Assembly: GCF_963675985.2 (NCBI RefSeq)
Contig: NZ_CAXXUC010000002.1
Location: 3,054,285 to 3,094,284, forward strand
Origin: an uncultured Roseibium sp.
Lineage (GTDB): Bacteria > Pseudomonadota > Alphaproteobacteria > Rhizobiales > Stappiaceae
Length of the DNA stretch: 40,000 bases
Direction: 5' to 3'
Shown one piece after another: positions 33,656-40,000 of this stretch. Numbering within the stretch: position 1 is the first letter of the stretch; each line of letters starts with the position of its first letter. Under the pieces are notes generated by a model. The model ran no database searches. It worked only from the letters and a program-made list of their open reading frames with translations, and was not told where the DNA came from. The translations under genes and the position numbers were made by a program.

Positions 33656-35113
33656 ATGAACAGGTCAGAAGACATCGCCGAGGGGGCGCCCGTCTCCTCC
33701 CGCGTCGTCATTGTCGGCGCCGGAATGGCCGGTCTTCTTGCGGCACGCGTACTGGCCGATGACTTCGTGGATGTGGTGATGATCGAACGCGACCGGCTGC
33801 CGGACCGGTCCGGAGCCCGCCCCGGCGTGCCCCAATCCGCCCACGGGCATATTCTTCTCGCCGCCGGGTTCAGAACGATCGCCGAACTGTTTCCGGGAAT
33901 TGACCGGGAACTGGAGGAGGAAGGTGCCGAACCGGGCGACATATGCGCCGACGGCATCGTCAACGTCCGTGGCAGGCGCCTGCCGAGGTTTGCCTCCGAC
34001 CTGAAGACCCTCCTTATGAGCCGAGCCCTTCTGGAAGGACATATCCGGCAGCGGATCACGGCGATCCCCAATGTCGCCATCCGTACCGGCTGCAGGTCCA
34101 CCGGGTTTCTTTTTGACCGGACAGCCTCCCGCGTGACCGGAATCCGCCTGAAGACGACCGATGGCGCAGAGGAAGACCTTGTTGCGGATCTCGTCATCGA
34201 CGCCAGCGGACGCAGCGCCGCAGCATCGGCCTGGCTCGATAAAAACGGCCTCGGGCAGGTTCCAGAGATTGTCGTGGACGCCCATGTGGGCTATGCGTCG
34301 CGCCGGTTTTCCCTTCCCACAGAGCAAACAATGCTTCCAGCGGCAGACTGGAAAGTCGCCGCATGCGCCTGGCTGCCGCCAGGCAACCGGCGCGCGGGCG
34401 GCCTCTATCGGGAGGAAAACGGCGTCTGGGTCGCAAGCCTGGTCGGAGCGCTGGAGGCTACTCCCTCTACCGAAGCAGATGCCTTTCTGGACCACGCACG
34501 ACAGCTGGAGGACCCGGCACTTTACGAGGCCTTGCGCCACGGCGTGCCCCTGTCGAAGATCGCGGGCTACCGGGTGACCGGCAGCCGTCGGCGCCGTTTC
34601 AGCCCGTTGACGGCGCGCCTCAAGCGGCTGGTGGTCATCGGAGACGCCCTTTGCACCGTCAATCCTTTCTATGGTCAGGGTATGACGATCGCCGCCCTTC
34701 AGGCACGCGCCTTGCGAAGACGGTTCCGCCGGGGCGCCGCCCGGGGCGGCAGCACCCTAGATCGGGCCGCCCGTCATGCCCAGCGCGCCTGTGAAAGGGT
34801 AACGGCGGTGCCGTGGCTGTTTTCCACCACCGAGGATCTGCGCCACGGAGCGGCGGTGGAAGGTCGGCGCACCTTTGTGCACCGGGTGATCGATTGGTAC
34901 GTCAACCGAGCCCTTGCCGGAGGCGGACCACGCACGGTCCGCGCGCTCTACAACACCATGAGCCTAGTCGATCCGTTCGCCCTCGTCCGCCCGGGCACCG
35001 TATTAGACATTCTACTCATGCCGTTTTTAAGACGGGAGCGATACAATTTCAGAGAGACCAGCGATCAGCGGCCCTCGACCCTGAAGAAGCGCTGCGGGGG
35101 GGGTAGCACATGA
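33656..35113 (+). CDS. class A flavin-dependent monooxygenase (epoxidase/hydroxylase-like)
   Basis: Start at the ATG 33656. VVIVGAGMAGLLAA (GxGxxG), VIDASGRSAAAS, and VIGDALCTVNPFYGQGMTIAALQA (GD...G.G motif). Confidence 0.8.
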   Translation: MNRSEDIAEGAPVSSRVVIVGAGMAGLLAARVLADDFVDVVMIERDRLPDRSGARPGVPQSAHGHILLAAGFRTIAELFPGIDRELEEEGAEPGDICADGIVNVRGRRLPRFASDLKTLLMSRALLEGHIRQRITAIPNVAIRTGCRSTGFLFDRTASRVTGIRLKTTDGAEEDLVADLVIDASGRSAAASAWLDKNGLGQVPEIVVDAHVGYASRRFSLPTEQTMLPAADWKVAACAWLPPGNRRAGGLYREENGVWVASLVGALEATPSTEADAFLDHARQLEDPALYEALRHGVPLSKIAGYRVTGSRRRRFSPLTARLKRLVVIGDALCTVNPFYGQGMTIAALQARALRRRFRRGAARGGSTLDRAARHAQRACERVTAVPWLFSTTEDLRHGAAVEGRRTFVHRVIDWYVNRALAGGGPRTVRALYNTMSLVDPFALVRPGTVLDILLMPFLRRERYNFRETSDQRPSTLKKRCGGGST

Positions 35114-35991
35114 TGGCCGCCAAGACCGATTTCGCCAGTGAAAAAGCAGACGTCCGGGATGCGGTCGAGCGCTACCTGGAAGAGCAGTTCGCCGCCTATC
35201 CCGAGACCGAAGTCCGCCGGGCGGCCGAATACACAGCTCTTGGAGGCGGTCACCGTTGGCGGCCGATCGTGGCCATCTCGGCTGGACGCATCTTTCACAC
35301 CGACGCGCTGGAAATCGCCCTGCCAGGGGCCTGCGGCGCCGAACTTGCCCACGCCGCATCGCTGATTCTGGATGATCTGCCGTCAATGGACGACGCTGCC
35401 CTCAGACGCGGAAAACCCTGCGTCCATCTGGTCTTCCCCAGATGGGCTGTGGACATGGCCCCGGTCTTCCTGGTGACCATGGCTTATGCCATCAGCCTCA
35501 ATCACGACCGCTCGTCCGCAGACCGGCGCGTTCAGGCAGCGCTTGCCCTCAGTTCCGCCGGCACCGACATGATCGAAGGCCAGTGCCTCGACCTAGCCAG
35601 CAGCCTGGCAGACGGAACGGAATCCCAGATGCTCGATTGCTACCGGTTGAAGAGCGCCGCCCTTTATGGCGCGGCCGCACGTGGCGGTGCGCTCCTGTGC
35701 GGCGCGGGCCCTGAAGATGCGGACCGGATGGAACGCGCCGGCTTTTATCTCGGCCTCGCCTACCAGTTCATGGACGATGTCGCAGACGTCACCGCCACGG
35801 TCGAGGAGGTCGGCAAGCAGGTTCATCAGGATGACGGAAAGTTCACCGCCACGGCCTGGCTGGGCGTAGAGGGAGCAGCCGAAATGAGCCGGTCTTATCA
35901 GACGAAGGCCCTGGCCGAGCTTGAGCCCTACGGACCCGAGGCGGAATGGCTACGCAGTATCGTCAGCGAGGCAAGCTGGGCCACGCACTGA
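35110..35991 (+). CDS. polyprenyl diphosphate synthase (trans-isoprenyl diphosphate synthase family)
   Basis: 293 aa. First Asp-rich motif LILDDLPSMDDAALRRG. Second Asp-rich motif FMDDVAD. ATGA overlap with the monooxygenase gene. Confidence 0.9.
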   Translation: MMAAKTDFASEKADVRDAVERYLEEQFAAYPETEVRRAAEYTALGGGHRWRPIVAISAGRIFHTDALEIALPGACGAELAHAASLILDDLPSMDDAALRRGKPCVHLVFPRWAVDMAPVFLVTMAYAISLNHDRSSADRRVQAALALSSAGTDMIEGQCLDLASSLADGTESQMLDCYRLKSAALYGAAARGGALLCGAGPEDADRMERAGFYLGLAYQFMDDVADVTATVEEVGKQVHQDDGKFTATAWLGVEGAAEMSRSYQTKALAELEPYGPEAEWLRSIVSEASWATH

Positions 35992-35999
35992 ACGCCCGG

Positions 36000-37340
36000 C
36001 TAAGCCGAGGCCGTCGCCTGTCGCCGTACCCCTTTAAAGGGCATTCGCGTCGCGCCGCGCAACAGCAGCGACTTGCGCCACGACACCCTGCCGGCTTCGA
36101 TGTCGAAGCGGGAATAGGCATCCAGAAAGGCCTTGATTCCCTCCTCCAGCACCATCCGCGTCAGCGCCGCCCCCAGGCAGAAGTGAATACCATAGCCGAA
36201 GGTCAGGGGCTGCGGGTCGGGCCGATCCAGCAGCAAGCGGTCAGGCTCGACATAACGTCGCGGATCCCGGTTCGCGGCGACAAGCTGGATCATGATATTC
36301 GACCCGGCCGGGATGCGCTTGCCGCCGAGTTCCATATCCCGGGGAACATACCGCGGCGCGAACTTCACCGACGTGTCGAACCGACAGAACTCCTCCACCG
36401 CATTCGGCCAGATTTCCGGGTTATCCCGCAGTAGCGCCTGTTGATCGGGAAATCGGGCCAGAGCCAGGAGGGAATTACCGACCAGTCCGCCGGTCGTCTG
36501 CGACCCTGCCCCCAGCATCATCAATGCCATGGTGATCGTTTCCTTGCGGCTGAACTCCTCCCCCTCCGCACGGACCATGCCGGTGATGAAATCGTCCCTC
36601 GGCTCTTGCTTGCGCCGTTCGGCCAGTGCGTCGAAATAGCCGTAAAGCTCGTCGATAGTGGCGCTGACCGTTTCCGGATCGAACCGCAACAGAGGATCGA
36701 GCAGCTTGACGATCACGTCGGTCATGCGCTGCGACCAGTCCCAGTCCTCCTCCTGAATACCGATCAGGCTCGCAACGGCCGCATTCGCCAGCGGCCTGGT
36801 GAAATCCCGCGCCAGGTCGCCGTCGGGCCTGTCCGCAAGCCTCTCCAGAAGCCTATGCGCCGTGGCCTCGATTTGCCTTTGGAGCCGCGCGATGCTGCGC
36901 GAGGTGAACTCCCTGTGCACCATCCGGCGCAAGCGGGTGTGATCCGGCGGGTCGCTGACCAGGATCAGATTCCGGAACGTCCATTGCGCCAACGGCGAAA
37001 GTTTTGAATAAGGCCGGACGTTCAACAGCAGGCCGATCGGTTCGCCCACCAGCAGATCGTCGCGGGAAAGCACCTCCAGGGCTTCGTCATAGCCGGTCAC
37101 GACCCAGTGCCTGTAAAGCATCCGGTAGGTAACCGCTCCTTCCCTGTGCATGGCGGTGATCGCCGTAGTTGGATCGCGGGAAAACGACTCCCCCAGAGGG
37201 TTTCCCCAGGGGTCGAAGGCGAACACGAGACCGGCAAGTTTCGGATTGGCCGCAACGGCCTGCATCACCGGATAGAATATCTGCTCGAAATGCACGCTCG
37301 CCCCCGCCTGCAAACCCGATAGGCGGCTTCCTGCCGACAA
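36000..37340 (-). CDS. cytochrome P450
   Basis: Haem loop FGYGIHFCLGAALTR, ExxR in VEEFCRFD, I-helix LGAGSQTT. The start is uncertain: TTG 37340, GTG 37295 (preceded by GGGGG) or ATG 37268. Confidence 0.9.
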   Translation of the reverse strand: MSAGSRLSGLQAGASVHFEQIFYPVMQAVAANPKLAGLVFAFDPWGNPLGESFSRDPTTAITAMHREGAVTYRMLYRHWVVTGYDEALEVLSRDDLLVGEPIGLLLNVRPYSKLSPLAQWTFRNLILVSDPPDHTRLRRMVHREFTSRSIARLQRQIEATAHRLLERLADRPDGDLARDFTRPLANAAVASLIGIQEEDWDWSQRMTDVIVKLLDPLLRFDPETVSATIDELYGYFDALAERRKQEPRDDFITGMVRAEGEEFSRKETITMALMMLGAGSQTTGGLVGNSLLALARFPDQQALLRDNPEIWPNAVEEFCRFDTSVKFAPRYVPRDMELGGKRIPAGSNIMIQLVAANRDPRRYVEPDRLLLDRPDPQPLTFGYGIHFCLGAALTRMVLEEGIKAFLDAYSRFDIEAGRVSWRKSLLLRGATRMPFKGVRRQATASA

Positions 37341-37434
37341 CCGGGCTTAGAAGTTTCGCTTGATGGTCTTTCCAGGAGACACAGTTTCTTTCTGCGGCCG
37401 TTTGAATTCGCTCAGGTAGTCGATTTCCCTACCA

Positions 37435-37460
37435 CCCTATCGCATCCTTCAGCGATAGGG
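37435..37460. promoter_or_regulatory. perfect 9-bp stem-loop in the gap upstream of the P450 gene
   Basis: CCCTATCGC (37435-37443) / GCGATAGGG (37452-37460) with an 8-nt loop. No U-tract follows on either strand. Confidence 0.3.
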
Positions 37461-37622
37461 GATCTGCCTGGTTGTTTAGACGTGAAGCCTCAGTAGGCTG
37501 TCCATTCAGTTCACTGCAAACCGGACGAACAGCCTCAAGCCTGCTCGAAACAGAAAGCCTTCGCAAGGCGTCTGTCAGATGCCTGCTGTATTTTTAAGAA
37601 GCCATGCCGTGGAAACGTTTAC

Positions 37623-38831
37623 CTACGCCCCACCGCCCGCGCTGTACCGCCCGGCCGCCTCACCGGTGGCGAAGGCCGTGCCCATGACGCGGATGGAGGC
37701 ATAAGCTGCGCTGTCGGCGCCGATAACGCGGCCGGCGTAGCACAGGTTGTCGACACCTTTGGCGCGCAGGCAATCGAGCGGGATATCGGCGAAGCCCTCG
37801 CCGCCGATGGAGCGGTAGACCGGTTTGCCGGGGACCGAATGATCCTCGATCGGCCAGGCCGCGCGGGCCACGCCATCAGGGCGGCGGCGGCCGGTGAGGA
37901 GATCCTCGGCCGTCAGTTCGTAGCGTGCGGGCGGATGGCGGCTTTCGCGTACGCCGATCTGCGGGCCGGTCTGGGCCAGATAGGCGTTTTCGAAACCGGG
38001 CACATGCTTGCGCAGCACGGCGACATAGTCATGGGCGGCGGCACGGGAGGCCTGTTCGGCGCGGGTGAAGCTCTTGGAGCTGAGATCCTCCAGTGGGTGA
38101 TCGAAGATCATCCACCACATCTCGCCGGTCTGCGGCACTTCGGTGTAGATGCCGCCGTCGGTGCGGGCCACGGGCCAGTCGCCGGTCCTGTTGTAGTCCT
38201 CGAGTGCCGCAACGATCGCCTTGCGGTCGATGGGGACGGACGGGTTACGCCCGCCAACGCGGATTGGACCGGAGACCGCCTGCAATCGGCCTTCTTCATT
38301 GCCCGTCCGGCAGGCAAGGCCGGTCAGCAGCGCCAGGTTGGCGTCACCCGTGGCATCGACGAAAGCTTCGCCGACGACGCGGCGGCGCCCGTCCATGCCG
38401 GCAAGGGTCACCGATTCCAGCCGGTCGGCGGTGCGGGTCACGGCCGCGACCCGCGTGTGCAGGAGCACGTCGACGCCGTGGCTTTGCAGAACACGGTCGA
38501 GCGCCAGTTTCACCGCTTCCGGTTCCAACAGAATGATCCAGTTCGACGTGGTCGGCGAACGGAACGGGTCGCAAGGCAGGCCAAGGGCGCGCAGCTCGTC
38601 GAGCACCAGATCGGCGACACCGCCCACGGCCCGGATCGGGTCCGGCCCTTGCTGGAAGAAACCGCAATAGGCGAGCACGTTTGAGGTGGTCGCGGCCCCG
38701 CCGAGGAAGCCGTATTTTTCCACCAGCAGCACCTTGGCGCCTTCCTGTGCGGCCCCGAGTGCGGCGCCGACACCGCCGGCACCGCCGCCGGCGACGATCA
38801 CGTCATAGTCGGCTTCCGGCTTGCGGCTCAT
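37623..38831 (-). CDS. FAD-dependent oxidoreductase (GlcD/FixC-unrelated 'FAD_oxidored'-type)
   Basis: N-terminal DYDVIVAGGGAGGVGAALGAAQEGAKVLLVEK dinucleotide fold. Start placed at the ATG 38831, giving an ATGA overlap with the permease gene (the GTG at 38840 is also possible). Confidence 0.75.
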   Translation of the reverse strand: MSRKPEADYDVIVAGGGAGGVGAALGAAQEGAKVLLVEKYGFLGGAATTSNVLAYCGFFQQGPDPIRAVGGVADLVLDELRALGLPCDPFRSPTTSNWIILLEPEAVKLALDRVLQSHGVDVLLHTRVAAVTRTADRLESVTLAGMDGRRRVVGEAFVDATGDANLALLTGLACRTGNEEGRLQAVSGPIRVGGRNPSVPIDRKAIVAALEDYNRTGDWPVARTDGGIYTEVPQTGEMWWMIFDHPLEDLSSKSFTRAEQASRAAAHDYVAVLRKHVPGFENAYLAQTGPQIGVRESRHPPARYELTAEDLLTGRRRPDGVARAAWPIEDHSVPGKPVYRSIGGEGFADIPLDCLRAKGVDNLCYAGRVIGADSAAYASIRVMGTAFATGEAAGRYSAGGGA

Positions 38832-39658
38832 GAGCGCCACCCGAGCACGCGGCGCTCGATCAGGCCGATCACGGCGGAGACGATGACGCCAAGCAGCGAC
38901 AGGATCACCACGCCGGCAAACAGGCGCTCCAGATCATAAAGCGAGCCTGCTTCAAGGATATAGGCGCCGATGCCGTATTGCGCGCCGAGCATTTCGGCGG
39001 CGACCAGCAGGATGATGGCAATCGCCAGACTGATGCGCAGGCCCGACAGGATGCCCGGCATGGCGCCCGGCAGCACGATCTTGCGCACGATGGAAAACCA
39101 CGACAGGCCGAAGCTCTGCCCCATGCGGATCAGCGACCGGTCGACGTTATCGACCGCTCCATAGGTGGCGACCACGGTAGGCGTGAAGGTACCGAAGGCG
39201 ATCAAAGCGTATTTCGACCCCTCGTCGATGCCGAACCAGATTACGAAGAGCGGCAGCAGCGCGATCTTCGGGATCGGGAAGATCGCGGCGATCAGCGGCA
39301 CCAGGCCGGCGCGGATATAGGAGAACAGGGCAATGACGACGCCGACCGAGACGCCCGCGCTTGCCCCGAGGGCCGCGCCGATCACCAGGCGGGAGAGCGA
39401 GAGCGAGAGATGCTTGTAGAGGAGACCGGAGGTGTAGAGCTCGCCCAGGGTTTTCAGAACATCAGAGGGCTTCGGCAAGGTCAGGCTGGAGATCCAGCCC
39501 GTGCGCGTACCCCATTCCACCAGGCCGATCAGCACGGCGAAAACGGCAAAGCCGACCCAGCGGTGGCTTTTCGGCGCGAAGCCGCCGCCACGGAAACGGA
39601 CCTCGATCTGGCGATTGTCCGTCTGGGCCGAGGCGGTGTTCAGCGGAATATCAGACAT
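38828..39658 (-). CDS. ABC transporter permease, NitT/TauT type
   Basis: 276-aa membrane protein. 8-nt overlap with the upstream ATPase gene. Confidence 0.85.
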   Translation of the reverse strand: MSDIPLNTASAQTDNRQIEVRFRGGGFAPKSHRWVGFAVFAVLIGLVEWGTRTGWISSLTLPKPSDVLKTLGELYTSGLLYKHLSLSLSRLVIGAALGASAGVSVGVVIALFSYIRAGLVPLIAAIFPIPKIALLPLFVIWFGIDEGSKYALIAFGTFTPTVVATYGAVDNVDRSLIRMGQSFGLSWFSIVRKIVLPGAMPGILSGLRISLAIAIILLVAAEMLGAQYGIGAYILEAGSLYDLERLFAGVVILSLLGVIVSAVIGLIERRVLGWRS

Positions 39659-40000
39659 CGAGCAACTCCTCGTCCGCCGCCCGCGCCTCTTCGCGCATCA
39701 GGCCCCACAGGTGCTTCTGGATGTTTTCCAGGTCAGGGTCCGCGTAACCACGTTCCGAAAGGGGCTTGTCGATTTCGACGATCTCACGGATCCGCCCCGG
39801 TCGGCGCGACAGCACGACGACGGAATGACCGAGCCGCACGGCTTCGGCAAGATTGTGGGTGACATAGACGGCGGTGAATGGCGTGCGCGTCCAAAGGGCG
39901 ATCAGGTCATCCATGAGGAGTTCGCGCGTCTGGCTATCGAGGGCCGATAGGGGTTCATCCATCAGCATCACCGCAGGATTGACCGCAAGCGCCCGAGCGA
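39651..40000 (-). CDS. ABC transporter ATP-binding protein, C-terminal part; 5' end lies outside the window
   Basis: The frame stays open to the window edge. It reads ARALAVNPAVMLMDEPLSALD (end of the signature region plus Walker B). Confidence 0.9.
   Translation of the reverse strand, partial: ARALAVNPAVMLMDEPLSALDSQTRELLMDDLIALWTRTPFTAVYVTHNLAEAVRLGHSVVVLSRRPGRIREIVEIDKPLSERGYADPDLENIQKHLWGLMREEARAADEELLDV

Noticed and set aside
30491-37340. Interpreting the polyprenyl synthase plus P450 as a rhizobial gibberellin-type or classical terpene synthase cluster.
   Set aside because: I can find no copalyl diphosphate synthase, kaurene synthase or other class I/II terpene cyclase ORF. There is only one P450, and no ferredoxin or SDR is arranged as in the gibberellin operon.
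37435-37460. Treating the perfect 9-bp hairpin as an intrinsic terminator of the FAD oxidoreductase/ABC operon.
   Set aside because: No U-tract follows the stem on the minus strand, and it lies about 165 nt past the stop codon. It is kept only as an unexplained regulatory-type structure.
1-40000. A search for CRISPR arrays, tRNA/rRNA genes, IS elements, integrases, toxin-antitoxin pairs, restriction-modification systems or other defence genes.
   Set aside because: I saw no direct-repeat/spacer arrays and no cloverleaf-like conserved tRNA segments. I saw no transposase or integrase-like ORFs, and no terminal inverted repeats flanking any segment. All sizeable ORFs are accounted for by metabolic, transport or regulatory families.

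Overview
This is densely coding, high-GC DNA (GC judged by eye, not computed). The gene content looks like a catabolic or accessory region of a proteobacterium, probably an alphaproteobacterium; that taxonomic guess is low-confidence inference. I support about 42 protein genes. I found no rRNA, tRNA, CRISPR array, transposase, integrase or phage genes.

Layout from left to right:
1. The 3' end of a pyridoxal-kinase-like gene.
2. A TetR regulator, divergent from a 6-gene operon. The operon joins a three-subunit molybdenum hydroxylase (FAD, 2Fe-2S and Mo-pterin subunits) to a TRAP transporter. The active-site loop argues against a CO dehydrogenase.
3. A TauE/SafE-type permease.
4. NitT/TauT-type ABC importer no. 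1.
5. An IclR regulator, a bicupin, a class A flavin monooxygenase and a second IclR regulator.
6. A roughly 13.7-kb block of 15 genes on the minus strand (29971 down to 16223). It encodes a small unknown protein, ABC importer no. 2, an alpha-only Rieske oxygenase, an SDR, an alpha/beta hydrolase and an extradiol dioxygenase. These are followed by an SDR lacking the canonical Tyr/Lys, a ThDP enzyme, an aspartate-dehydrogenase-like protein and an aldehyde dehydrogenase. The block ends with an adrenodoxin-reductase-type flavoprotein, a flavodoxin and a pentapeptide-repeat protein.
7. An isoprenoid-type cluster: an MMPL/RND transporter, a secreted lipocalin-like protein, a class A flavin monooxygenase translationally coupled to a polyprenyl diphosphate synthase, and a convergent cytochrome P450. 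No recognisable terpene cyclase is present.
8. An FAD oxidoreductase coupled to ABC importer no. 3, which runs off the right edge.

The best candidates for something undescribed are:
- The Rieske meta-cleavage operon, whose only redox partners are a flavodoxin and an AdR-type reductase. It ends in a translationally coupled pentapeptide-repeat protein and has a non-canonical lower pathway.
- The cyclase-less isoprenoid synthesis and export cluster.

All functional calls are family-level, based on motifs read in the supplied translations. No database search was possible.
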